A stretch of DNA of 63,802 nucleotides, the filler included, from Pelomyxa schiedti (Eukaryota > Protista > Evosea), in NCBI GenBank assembly GCA_020536535.1. It is 13 parts of 13 records of this genome, joined end to end, with 100 filler letters (N's around TTAATTAATTAA, not from the genome) between each part and the next. Parts side by side here need not be neighbours in the genome. Positions count along the whole stretch, not along the records: positions 25,511 to 36,675 come from JAHLWZ010000419.1; positions 36,776 to 37,959 come from JAHLWZ010002727.1; positions 38,060 to 44,007 come from JAHLWZ010000717.1; 10 more parts are not named here. One strand, given 5' to 3'. Shown here one piece after another: positions 25,511 through 38,654 of the stretch. A program made the translations under genes and the position numbers. The notes under the pieces were generated by a model. It saw only the letters and a list, made by a program, of their open reading frames with translations. It did not search any database and was not told the DNA's origin. Each line of letters opens with the position of its first letter. Position 1 is the stretch's first letter.

Positions 25511-28500
25511 AAAAATCGAGTTGACCCACAAAAACCCAACTATCCCCCTCCCCCCTGTATTCCGGTTTTGGGGGGGGGTATTGTGAATTCCCCCCCCTAA
25601 ACCAGACACCCCCCAGTGATTCGTTTTTGGTCTAGTGATAAGTTAAGTAACTGAATTGATTCTTTTTGCACGTGTCTCCTCTCATTCAGTGCTGACCGGG
25701 CAGTGAACACCACTCGACTGTCAGGTGCCTTGTTCCCCCGCCAAATGTTATATCCCTCAAGAGCTGTGAGAGGGATCCTGGGGAGGATATCTACCAAGCC
25801 ACAGTAGATGTTACATCACCATCACCCAGGCTCAGGAATAAAGTAAAGTTAGGAGAATAACAGAACCCCTTAAGTCCACTATCGTACGTTCTTTAGCGAG
25901 TTAACGCAAAGGAGAAAATCCATTCCAATGGAGTTAACTCGAAAATATAAAAAAATTGCTTTCTTTGCACCTCAGGGCTGTCTCTCAACTGAAACAAGGT
26001 CATAAATATACAAATATCGTTGGGAAGACATGGTGATCAGGCGATGTCAGAAGCGTGGCTTAGGAGTGAGCGACGCAAGTTGTTTTTCACATAAAAGCTC
26101 GGGAAAACGATTGGGAGTCACCGCAACCTATTGCTCTCGAAGGTGGTGGGTGCAAGTTTTTTCACTTGTGGTGTTGTTTTCTAAGATTGCAGTGAGGTTT
26201 TTTTTTACTGTGGGCACACAATGAGCCAAAGCACTTCCTCCCCAACAAGAAAGACCACCCAAACCAGTGTCCTGTCTGGTTACCTAAGGAGTTGCATGAC
26301 ACACTTCAAAAACTTGTGGGGAAAGGACATGTGACCTCAGCAGTGCTGTATGCAGTTCAACAATCACTCCCCTCTGCCTCCAACAACAGTGACTCCACTT
26401 GTGACATTCACTGGTTGTCAACCTTTGGAGCAAATTCCAAGTAGAAGTGACATACCTAATATCAATGCTGCCCTGGCTGAATTGGATAAAGGAATGAACC
26501 CCTCAGAGGCCATTTGAGGCTGTGGGACAGGCAGAGACACTTGGGGATGAGGCTCAATAAAGGGAGTTTCAGGTGTCAAGTGATCCTGAGGGTGTTGTGA
26601 AGCTTCTTTTTGAGCAGTGTTACAAGGAGAGGATGATGGTGGTACAATAGGAGGTTCATCAGCTGTCACAGTCAACCACCTGAAATGACAGCAGCTGTCA
26701 CACAGCCACTTCAAATCACACATGCCTCCCAGCAAGGAAAAGCTCCGAACTCAACTTGGGGTTTTTTACCCCAAGTTTGCCGCAGCCCAACTCCGAAAAG
26801 CAGGACAACGTAAGGTGGACATGCCGTGCAGCCGAAATGGTATCTCGGCTGTGGGGTGGGGCGGTGGTGCGGCGAGACGCGTCGGGGCAGTGGATGACGT
26901 ATGGGTCTCCATCCGGGCGGCACTACCGGGGTGCAGAGTGCTGGGGTGGTGCGTGGGGCGTGGGCCGTGGGCCGTGGGGTGCAGGGCGGCTTCTGCCAAC
27001 GGTATATTTATTTGTTTATCTATCTCTTTTATTTAAATAAAATTAAATACATTTATTTTATTTGGTTTTAGTTGTATTGTTATACAATGCAATGGACACA
27101 GTGGTATGTTTCCGTTTGTGTTTTAAGACTTCCTCTCTCCCACTAGGGCCGTCCATGGTTGTCGCACTTCAATGGATGGCTCAAGCCGGAACCTGCATGT
27201 ATGTTTTGTCTTCTCTGTTTTTATTTTTCGATTTCTCACCCCAAAAACCAGGTGTGGTGTTGTGGGTATCATGGGAGCATCGCCGGCCTTCTGATCTCCA
27301 GCAGTTTGGCCACTAGTGTGTGGCTTCTTCTTTCTTCTTTTTCTCGTTTCACCTGAGAATAGGTGGTGGATTTTCCACTTACAGTGTGACGTCGCCAAGG
27401 TAAATCCCCCTCCCTATTCATCATCACCCCACTCAAACATAATAGGTAACCCGGACTGAAAGGCAGGTCCAGGAGAATACGTGCGGCTTTGCTCCGCTTT
27501 CTCAGGTTCATTTACACCCTCAATCTTGCCTCACCTCCAATATCAGTTTTTTTTTTTCCCCCACCATTCAACCTTGAACAGCCCTCCCAGTGTTGCACAG
27601 TGCGAGCGTTTTCGGCATTTCCGGCACAAGTGACACTGGTATGTGTCTCCTTTTTTTCTTTTTCAGTCTCTCACCTCTATTATTATTATAGATGGTGCCT
27701 TGCCGGCTTTGTAGCTGAGAGCCTGTCACCAATTTACATCCCCTCTCCCCTTTTATCCTCACCACACTCACAATTCCACAGATGCCAGAAGGACTGACAT
27801 CCTCACCTCACCTCCACACCCACCACCCTCTTGCCCTTGCACACCCCACTCTATCTCACATCTGTGCTCTCTGTGCCATCGCTGTGCTCCTCCACACTCC
27901 TCTACCCTCACCTCTGTGCCCTGGCCTGATGTCCATTCTGGACCAGGCAAAAAAAAAAAAAATTTTTTTAAAGTTCCATGAGTACCACGAGCTCCGTAAG
28001 GATAACAACAGCCACGTTCTGGCATGGTGTGGTACCACACGGACCCCAGAAGGAAGAAAATAATTAAGAGAGTAAAAGGAAAAAAGTGTTTTAAAGAAAA
28101 TACCGCCCGGGTAGTTGGATAGTTTTTTCTTTATTGTCAAACGACCACCCTCAAAACGATGGGGCGGTCATTTTACAATTCTCCTGTGGTTTTTCCTCTA
28201 TGTAAAATGACCGCCCCTGCCCTCCAGATATGCACCCAGGCTGTAGTAACACAACAGGACCACCGACGAAGATTGGTTGAACAAGGAGCTGATTGGTCAC
28301 TGTGTGAATGTTACTTCAGAAACACAACTGAGGTTATGGAAAACATTAATGTATTATTGTTGTGTGGTGACTACTACACTTGAAGAGGTTTGCAAAAAAT
28401 TAGTGTGGTGAGGTAGCAACTCTTTGTGCTGAAGGTAGGGTGATGTGCGGTGTATGTGGAAATGATGCTGTTATAGTGGGTGTTGAGGGAAGAGGACTTG

Positions 28501-28537
28501 TTCTCCACAACAAGGAGCGGCAACCCTTTTGTCCCGT

Positions 28538-31500
28538 TTATGACAACTTTGCCTCTGTGGCGGTACTTGCCAAGTAGCTTGCCATAACTTGTTGTATTTT
28601 GTGTCTGCCATCCACTGAGAGGTTATCCCATGCTGCTTGCACCAATTGAGGTGATACAGCATGAACTGCACCAACTGCGGAACTCGATTGAGTAACCCAA
28701 TGTAGTACCTTGCACATTCTTGTACTCAACTCAGGTGTCACTAGTGCAGTGTTGAGTACTCTCACAAATATCTTAACGATGTGCGGGAGGTTTCCGTAAT
28801 TTGCCCCAAGAAGATTCACATTCGCACTGTGTAATGTGTCAGACGGAAATAGGAAATCCAAAGAATGACCTTTCAATAAAATAGCATAAGATACCATAGC
28901 ACTCATGTGCTTCCTCTTCATCCTCCGTGATTGGAAGGTATGACAACCAAAGAGGAAGTACTTCCCCAAGGTTGACATATTCAGTTTNNNNNNNNNNNNN
29001 NNNNNNNNNNNNNNNNNNNNNNNNNNNNNNNNNNNNNNNNNNNNNNNNNNNNNNNNNNNNNNNNNNNNNNNNNNNNNNNNNNNNNNNGACCTTTCAATAA
29101 AATAGCATAAGATACCATAGCACTCATGTGCTTCCTCTTCATCCTCCGTGATTGGAAGGTATGACAACCAAAGAGGAAGTACTTCCCCAAGGTTGACATA
29201 TTCAGTTTGGTGCCGACAAATCTTAGCCAACGCCGAGATGGCATTTTCTGTTGCATGAATGTTGCCGGCATTGGCTCGTGAGTCAGGGTGGTCTACTATG
29301 GAACGTAGTCTGCAACAGGCCTCTTTTTTTTAATATTTTTACTTGGAAATATTTCCCATGGAAAAAATTTTTACCTGGCACATAGGGAGAAAAAGCTGGT
29401 CCAAGTTGCTTGGCACACATACCAAGCCCAAATGCGGCTGCTTGTCTCACGAGTGGACATTCGTCACTGGTAGAATCCATCATTGTGGTTAGGAAATATG
29501 GCATTAGAGGGGTGGCTTTCGGTCTGTTGACAGTTACTTGCATCACTTTGTTGAAGAACTTACCCTGAAAATTCGATTATATCGTCAAACATGCATAAGG
29601 CTCTCTGTCTCTCACACCAACACTTCTTCTTTGGCTGCAAAGAACATCTTAAAAAAAAAACCCAAGATAACTGACGCATACCATCATTGTGAGAAGGACA
29701 GGCAACACCTTGGATTGGAACAGGGGAAAATACTGTTCGTTGTGGTAATGAGCTAACCTCCCAGAACTTTCAGAGACCTGAAGGAAAAAAGGGTAAGTTT
29801 TACAAAAAGAAAAAGAGAGACCTGTGTTAAAATCTCAAATTCGTCATTGTCCTCCTCTTCAATCTTGGCCGTTTCTTCTTCATCACATAGAGCTTTTCTT
29901 CGTGCCACTGGGATGGTTTATACACAAAGTGGTGAAAGGAAACATACCATCCCTTGCTTCGCATCTGTTTTGCCATTCTTGTATTAAAAAAATAATCGCA
30001 TCAGTCATGTCTTCTACCATTTTCGGTGTCAGTGATGGGGTGTCAATTTCGGTCATTGACTGAAGGTGTATCAGCATGACAACTCTTAGGAGTTGCGTAC
30101 CTCATTGATTGCCCCAAGTTGTGTAGCCAATACTTCAAGATCGCCTTCCTCTTTGGCAGCATTCAGAAGAGCAGGGAACATGAATTGCCACAGTTGTATG
30201 AGCATAGTGTTCCCTGGAGATTGACCAGTTGTCGCCGCTACTGAACGGTACAAGGTTAATGCTTGGTAGGTGGCGTAATTTCTTACTTACTTCTGCCCAT
30301 ATTTTCTTTTAGACAAGATAATAAATGAGGAGGACTAAGTGCAGCCGCACTTCGCACGCCTAGGAACTTTAGAAGTAGAAGTGCTCCCCATCGGAACAAC
30401 CTTCATGATATTCAAAACCCATGTTGTCCACGTATATTTTGGCTACTTGCTCTACATAGGGGAGAAAAGCAGTTGAAACATTGGATGCATATACTAACAA
30501 CAGATGAGATGCTTCTGATTTGTCTTCAATTTGCGAAGTTTTTGTTGTTTCATCTATGTAGAGTCATTTGACAAAGAAGGAACAATTAAGGGTAAAACCA
30601 GAATTTGTATCATCTTCATTTTCATCATCACTATCCGTGTAATCGGCAAGAGCTGATGCCCTCGACATTACTGAAGGCATTACACTTGGCAAAAATGGGG
30701 CAAAATCCTCCTCCAAGCATTCTGCGATTCTGCTACAGGAAGCTTCCAATAGAGAAGCATTAGGATCATCTGGCGCCACTATGTTTATGTTACCAAAGTT
30801 CGATGTGTGCGAACGTACTGTTGGTGCGGAGAATGTCCTGTAGTACTTCAATAGCATCCTTGGCAAATGCCTCTTTTCCAACTGCAACCCCTGTGGTTTT
30901 TAGTGAACTTTATGTGTTTGTCAAAAAAAGAGTAGTGCTCACCAATTAGGGTTATACACTCGATTGCTTTGGTTCTTATAGTTGCCATGTCCTTACCCTC
31001 TAATTTCATGAGAGATTTTAAATATGGAACAAAAGTAGAGTAATGCTGGCAATGAGTTTAGAAGAGTAGATTCTTTATAAAGTCTACCTTTTTGAAGCAC
31101 TCTTCAGATCCAATTGCAACAGAGGCGAGGGCGGTTAGGACAATCTCTTGAAGACGCTTATTCCTACTAATATGAATGCAATGATGATTGTGGGGGTAAC
31201 AGTACTGTATCAACAGGATCTGCGATAATCTATTGAGAATAGAATCCAAGAAAGGGACAAGGGCAGGCTTTAGACATGTCTCTGCGTAGTGTGCAATTGC
31301 TGTGCAACAGTGTGCTTGAACCCTTTTTTTGAGGTCATTGGAGGTTCTATAATAGTTTGAAATTTCAACCTTACGCACGCGTCCTCTGTTTTCCCCAATA
31401 TTAGCGGGATGAGCTCACTTCCAAAACTGTCTTGTATATCTGGCTATATCGAATCATTCACTTAAAGCATGAGGGCTTGGATTACCGCGTAGTCAATGAG

Positions 31501-33461
31501 CATTTGGCCCATACAATTCATTGCTGCCCACCGCACACGTGCATGAGGGTCATGCATAAGGGGTTGAATAATCCTGAAGTAGTGTCATTTTAAAAAATAA
31601 AAAAATGAAAGCTACTTTATCAACTGAGGCAGATGAGACTTCAGTACAAAGTTGCATCCTTCTCCAGCAATGGCTACAACTTTAGCACCAGTCCAACGGT
31701 GCCGCCAGTCAGTAGTGTTCCCAACAAGGCTAGGAACAAACAAGAAAAGAATCGGAACCATCACTTTTCCCCCTTTGTGAAAGAATCAGTATGTAATTCT
31801 GTGGCATCCTTATTGCTCACCAAAACTTATACATATTCTATCCAATGCCTCCTCAGCAACAGAGGAGTTGCATTCTTCCTCCTCTTCAAAGTTGTACCAT
31901 CCTTCGCTATCGGGAACTTCAATCATCCAGGAAAGAATAATGGAAACAATAGACTGAAGAAAATTTTCTTGTTTCCTGTGTGAAATGAAGTAAATAATTA
32001 ATTATACACTCCTCTTTTTAACCTCATGGTTGTTGGCCGTGCATCACACAACTGCAATAAAAACTCCATGGCCGACCTTTTGGTTTCTGGAGAAAAGTTA
32101 ACTACTATCAACCAAGGTCTAAGTTACCATCTTCTAAACCAGACTGGGAGCTTGATATAGAGAGCATTGCTGGTAAAATTTGTGGGAGGCAAGGTCGAAA
32201 AAAGCTTGGGATCTTCTCTGCCAACTCTATAAAAACTTCCATTGCTTGCCTTGCTTCCATTTGGTTCCCCATTTTAAGGGATGCCATAACACACTAATTT
32301 TGTGGTTAGGTGAAAAGAAGTCTTATTTCACTTACGTCGAGCATCCCGGGAAGGAGTTGCTGAAGGAGTTTCTTTTCTTCTGTACCTTCCATCAATTGCA
32401 AAAAAACTGCAGATGAAAGGAGAGCTTCAAGCCTCACCTAGAGAAGTTAATTGTCAAGAAGTGGGAGCATCCAGGTACTTTATTGTCAGTATCCACTAAT
32501 CCACCACGCAAAATTTCCGCAATCGAGGTGAGGAAGGAGCGGAAAGTATCTGCACCTAAAATCGCTGCGAGTTCGGAAATAACACCAAGTGCAATAATTC
32601 TTTGTGCTGCAACCTTGGGAACTTAGTACTGGGACTTGCTTTGTACAGGAAATGTTCGTACCACTGATTTACTGCATCTAAATAAAAACGGTAACAAATC
32701 GGGCCAGTCACCTGTGAGAAAGTTTAATACGGCTACTGGAAGTTTTCACCTACCAGTGGGGTAGAGAGAGCCACCAATTTCACCAACGCAGTTGATTAAC
32801 TTTTTTATAACCTTGCGTTCAGTCTCCTGTTCCATCAGTTGTATAAAAGAATTCTGTAAAGCTGATGAACTGGCTTGGTCAAAGACAAACCACTGCCCCA
32901 ACCTCCCAACAGGTTTGCATGGTGTGACATTGATTTAATTATTGATTTCTTTAAAAAAAAAAGGTAGGGGAGTGTCAAAATAACATAAAGCACACATAGA
33001 GAAGCTATGCTACGAACATGCAAAGTACACTGTTATTTCAATTTGGTAACAGCACTGACCTTGACTTGTTGCCTAGTCGGCAGTGCCAACGAATTCCACA
33101 CAGACTCTCTGTGCTTTGAGTGGTCGCCAGCAATCAACATTGGCCTCAACAGAGTGACACACATCTGCCTCCACGTGCCTGCCGTGGCCACCATTTGTAT
33201 GTATTGAGCCTCGCTGGTCCCAGCACCGCCACTCAGCGCCTCAGTCGCACCACTTGGAGCAAGAAGAAGAGCAGAAGGGGGAGACAGTAGAACTAGTGCG
33301 GTCGACAACAACCCCAACACCAACGCGTCGGGAGCGGTTTGCTTGAGGCGGTTGAGCTCGATTTCGGCCGCAGATCTGGTGGGGTTGTCCGCACTCAACA
33401 GGCCAACCAGCAACTGAAGAGATTGCTGCTGTTCAGTGGTGTACTGCTGTTGTTGCATCAT
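28538..33461 (-). CDS. IPO5: Importin-5 / karyopherin beta-3 (Pse1/Kap121 family), multi-exon, spans a scaffold gap
   Basis: HEAT-repeat motifs typical of IPO5: LSADNPTRSAAE, HARVRWAAMNCMGQM, RVQAHCC, LQEIVLTALASVA, KAIECITLIG, VRQAAAFGLG, ATENAISALAKI, WLSYLPITEDEEEA. Confidence 0.9.
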
Positions 33462-33864
33462 CACGCGTGATGTTTATTTTTTTTCTTTGTATTTTCCTCC
33501 AGTGATCTCCTCGAGTTTCGGCGATCAAATCTTCGCAGACGCTGCAATTGCACTGGTTTTCCCGAGGGCAGACCCCCTAGATCGAGTACCACACGGTAGG
33601 GTACAGTTTTGTCGCCCTTCACAACACCGTAGTCGACACCAATCTCACAGATACTGCCAATATTCCCTGACATTTTTGTTGCACTTTGCCATTTTTCCCA
33701 GTTTCCCTTGGAAAGGTGCGTGGTTCACAAGATTGACAGCGCAGGGGAGTGGTGCCAGAAAGAAAGCAACAGATTTCTTTTCACTTCCTAAAACGCCCTT
33801 CAAAAAAAGCCTTCAACACAGAAGACGAAAATAAAAAGCCCCACAGCACTTGGGGAGAGATCCG

Positions 33865-36675
33865 ATGTCGTCCAAGAGTGATAAGGTAGATGGGGCCACA
33901 ACCGCAGCCACAGCCGTATCTGCGACAACAAACGCCACATCTGCCGCGGTTGAGCCGGCGCCGTCGCCTACGGCGTCCCCTGGTATCAATAGCAAAACCG
34001 CCCGCGTGTTGAAGTACAGGTGCTTCAGGTACGGGATCCAGCCAGGATTGTATCAGTACGTCTCTTACTTCATCTCTTTCGGGCGTTCGCCCTTTGTTCC
34101 CCGTTTATTTTATAAAAGGCGGCGTCACAAGTACCAACCTAAACAACTCGAACTCATCCAATCACTGTATGCAGAGCTACTGAGTGGAGCCAAAACAACA
34201 AGGACATGGGTGCTGCTGAAATTGTGGTGTCATCCCATGAAGGCCAGTGCAGAATCAGAGTCACAGATACAAAATCAGGTTTGTATGTCCCCCCTTTTTT
34301 CCTTGTTTCCTTAGAATGATACCTAGCACTGTCCTTTAGTGACACTGCTAAAGGAAATGTTCTGCGTGTCACTGATAGCACTCGCTTCTATGTGATGGTC
34401 TTAGGTTTTCTCCTTTCTTACTCTTTCTTGTTATCCTAACAACCCAAGGGGGTAAAAAAATTGGTGTTGGCTTTTTCAAACGAGAGGAAAGCCAGGAATT
34501 TATTGATTTTATCATGCGTGAGCTTGGGATCACTGAAATCCCTATTTTTGAGCCACCCCCACCTCCCACTCCTCCCACTCCTCCCTCACAAACTCCACCA
34601 GTGACTGTTGACACGTTAACTGATGTAAATTTTTGTAAGTTGTTTCCTTACTCATTTTATTCTCTCTTTCCTCCCTCCCAAGACCAGTCGAACACCTGTA
34701 TCTGAGGTTTCACTGGAGAATTCTCTTGGTAGTTTGACTATAAGGTAGCTTCTGGTGTCATTCCCAACAAAAAAAAAATTCAATTTTTCCCAATGGTTCC
34801 AGACACAATCACCCCCCAGAGCAACCAGATATGTCATCCAGTGTTCCTGATGAGACACCTATTGTAGCAGATAGGGCTGAAGCTGAAGCAAAAGTTGATG
34901 CATTAGTGGACTCAATTGACACAACACAAGAAGGTTATCCTTCCAATTTCCCTTCACCAATTGAAACCTCTTTCACAGTAACTGGGCCAAGAAGAAAACA
35001 TGAGGAAGAAGGTTTGTCACCAATGAGCGTTGTCAACATAGATCATTGTTCTTACAGATACTACTCACCCGAAGTGGCACTCACATCGAAAGCATGTATT
35101 TGTGCTGAGTGACAATGGAAAGCCTATCTACACCCGGTACATCGAATCTCTTGTCTCGTTTTCTTATTGCATGTGAAAGCTATGGTGATGAACTGCGGCT
35201 TGTACCATTTTTTGGCTCTTTGATGGGCTTCGTTTCATTTGTTGAATCTTTTCAGGACCAGCTTAGGTTGTTACTATTCTCCCTGGCACCATTATTTATT
35301 CCATTTTCTTAGATATTTCACAGCTGGTGACCAGCTATATGTTTTCACGAAGAAGGGACCCCTAATCTATGTTATCATAAGCAAAACTGGAGAAGGTGTG
35401 CCAGTTTTATTGGTCCATCTGGAATATGTGCATTCTCAAATTGTGGCAATACTCACATTTGCGGGGATTAAAAAGTTATTTGCCAAGAGAAATACTGCAG
35501 ATTTACGAGGCTTACTCCCAGGTTTTAGTTATTGCAGTGAAATCGTTGCTCATCTTTTACAGATCGCAACCGCCACCTTGACAAACTTATACATGAGATT
35601 AACAACGATCCGGCATTTGTCTTGAAGGCGATGAGACCAATGCCCCTTCACAGAGATTTTCGTTCCAAAATAAATCAAGCTATGGCCAATCGACCACAGG
35701 ATTTATTGTAGCCATTTTTTTAAATACCCCAATTTAATTGTTTCCAGGTTTGGTATCCTCTTTTGTGACTATCAACTCATTACACTGGTTCGCCCAAAAA
35801 AATACCCTCTGCATCCTATGGGTTTGCAAATCCCCAATTATCTCTGTGTTTACTTTTAACATAAGACTTGCACATTGCAATGAATCTGGTCAACTCCAAC
35901 GCTTCATTTCGTGAGAATGAATCTTGGATTCCAATATGTCTCCCACTTTTTGATGGTTTGCTACCTCTCCTTTCTTCTAGGCAAAAATCCTACAGACACA
36001 TTGCCCCTCTTAACTCTTTTTAGATAAGGGCTGCCTGTATGCTTACGTATGCTATTTGGTTGACAACGTCTGCCTGATGCTTCTCACAACAATAAAAGAG
36101 AGTTTCTATGTTCTCAAGGAGTATAAAACCAAAGTCCAATCAGACATGGAAGCCAATGGGACACTTTCCATGTTAAAAGAACGTTGCTGCAACCCACACT
36201 ACAACATACGTGTGTAACACTATACAAACTTGAAATACTGACAAGGATTTAAGGTGAAACTAAAATACCCTCCCTTCTGCATTTCATGTATATGTACAAA
36301 TCGCAATCTGTGCTTGGCTGTTTCCAGCTAACCACTCCCACAATTCTGGACCCTCCTTACAATACAACAAAAGAGAAGAAACGGTTTTTCTTTTTTATCT
36401 GGAACTACTTTTCTCATGGCCCACAGGCTTTTTAGACTGTACTCCTCAATAAGAGAAAGATGTGAAACTGATACGCAGCCACATAAGGTTTCCTTATTAG
36501 TTGTAGGGCCCTCACTTACCTCACTCAGATGTACATTTCTTCCACCGAAAAAGAAACTGTGGTGGTGTGGGTGACAAGTGAATTTGAGCTGTATGCCACT
36601 GTCGGCCCGCTGGAACAAAAACAAGCCATAACCAAGGTATCACAACTCCAACAATCGAACTAAACTAAAACCCAA
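33865..36675 (+). CDS. MON1: Vacuolar fusion protein Mon1/SAND (Rab7 GEF subunit) with N-terminal NECAP-like PH domain; 3' end cut by contig end
   Basis: KHVFVLSDNGKPIYTR|YGDE, KGPLIYVIISKTGE, LEYVHSQIVAILT, DLRGLL, LHPM|DLHIAMNLV, ESWIPICLP, GCLYAYV, EFELYAT. Confidence 0.9.
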
Positions 36676-36775
36676 NNNNNNNNNNNNNNNNNNNNNNNNN
36701 NNNNNNNNNNNNNNNNNNNTTAATTAATTAANNNNNNNNNNNNNNNNNNNNNNNNNNNNNNNNNNNNNNNNNNNN

Positions 36776-37592
36776 ACCACACACTCTTCTGTGACATTGA
36801 CTGCAGCCAAGATGAAGTTGTCAAGGCTGTGGGTTGCATTGTGGGAGAGAAGGTGTGTGCTTTACCCAATTCTCTCAAATCAAACCTTGCCATTTCCATT
36901 TGGAAGAAGTTCAACATGTCTGCAGCTCTCCACCATGATCTTTTGTACAGACTGCTGGTGGGGATTCTGTATTATGGCACATCTTTTCAATTCAAAGATG
37001 TTGTCTCCCTTGGTGAATTCACACTGTCTGAGCTGAAACACTTCATCCGAATATTGGGCGATTCTGTAGGTTCCAATAGGGGCAAAGTGGTGAAGTGGTT
37101 AGTGGATGAGGTCACCAGGAAAGGAACCGTCACCAACGAAGATGCTGGAATACTTCTTAGGGGACTGATTTTCAACAACAAACGGTCAGCTGCCCAGTGG
37201 CTGTTCAACAGGTTCAGGTTCTCACTTGATGCTGTATGACCATCCCACTTCGACTCATGTTTTTTTTACAGCTAATCCCAAAGCAGGTTCTTGCCCTCTT
37301 TGACAACCCCCCACACAGAGCCTATGTTTTCCTTGCCACATGGAAAATGGTGCTGGGAATGTTCCCAGGAATCACAGGGGATGTAATCAGGCAGGAACAC
37401 TGTGTAGAAATGGCACTCAAAACACCTCTTCACGCACAGTTCACAATGTCCAAGCTGGGTCTCACAGTTGACGACGTTGAGGCACTTTGCAACAACGGCA
37501 AGTCTTCACTTCGTGAAACCGCCGACTGGCTACACCAACTTTCCAAACCACCTCATCTCCCAACAATCTTCTTAACGAAGGATCTTTTTTGA
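36776..37592 (+). CDS. Hypothetical helical protein, 3' part (2 exons)
   Basis: Two ORFs joined by a gtatga...ttacag intron; no recognised motif. Confidence 0.5.
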
Positions 37593-38451
37593 TGAAAGGA
37601 GGATTACGAGAACAACGTCGGCAACACTCAGCCCGCCCTCGCCCGACGCAAGTGGGCCCGCGAGCTCCGGCGCCCCGTGACTGTCACGCGTGCTCGCCGC
37701 GGCGGAGGCCATGTTCCCCCTCGTGGCCCTGGCTGATGTAAAACGTATCGTGGAGACCAATCCTGTACGGTCCTGGCGTGAGTATGTCTAATTTAGTTTA
37801 CTAGTTACTAATTGGCATGTAGATGCGCACTAAGTCTCCGACTTTGAAATTCTTTGGAATGGGCTTTCATACTTGCGTCATCGAAAATTCTGCACGCAAA
37901 TATCATGGGATCCTTTACTGCCTCAACGTCAGTGACTGAATCAGAATTCTCCGAGTTCGNNNNNNNNNNNNNNNNNNNNNNNNNNNNNNNNNNNNNNNNN
38001 NNNTTAATTAATTAANNNNNNNNNNNNNNNNNNNNNNNNNNNNNNNNNNNNNNNNNNNNACAAGTACTAGCACCACTAGTTTATCGCACCAACAATTTGA
38101 TGAATTTTGGACATTAGATCCTGCAGTAAACAGAGAGGAGGGAAGAATCTCCCATTGGTCCAGATTACAATATCCAGCACACTTAGGCACTGGAGATGTA
38201 TGGTGCATGCCTGCTTTCAGAGGTCACGAACCACCTTCAATAGAAGAACTCCAACAAGCTTGGCTGATTGAAAACTACCCATACTGTCACTTTCTGGAGA
38301 TTCTGCGTGTGGCTTTCAACAAACACAATACAGAGCCTTCCATTAGAGGGATAGGTGAAACACAATCAGCCACAGCCGAAAAGAGCTCTCAGGAGCCAGT
38401 TTCAGCCCAGTTGATCATAAGAAACAAGATGGGCCGTTGGCGACAGTCTCA

Positions 38452-38654
38452 ACACCAACTGTGCACTCCCTTAACTAGAGACCAACTGCAGACTGCTGCT
38501 GAGGAACTCCGCATGTATGCTTGTATTTCATTCTATTATTGTCTCCTTATGGGCCTCACAACAGCTGAGGTCTGATTACTGCAAACCAGGAAGGTGAAGA
38601 CTGGAGGCCAACACGTTTTTTTGACCTTGTCGCTCACAGAGCAAAAATTGCTCT
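38452..38654 (+). repeat. About 200-bp duplicate of 42880-43082
   Basis: Near-identical sequence (cacc-actgtgcactccc...aaaattgctct) with only about 3 substitutions. Confidence 0.85.

Noticed and set aside
28867-29207. About 120-bp direct duplication inside IPO5 on both sides of a 100-N gap
   Set aside because: Identical overlap at a scaffold gap; an assembly artefact, not exon duplication.
34315-34330. In-frame TGA after the ccttag acceptor in the Mon1 N-terminal domain (possible recoding)
   Set aside because: A second acceptor 12 nt downstream (acctag) bypasses it in frame, and TGA, TAA and TAG all serve as normal stops elsewhere in the window.
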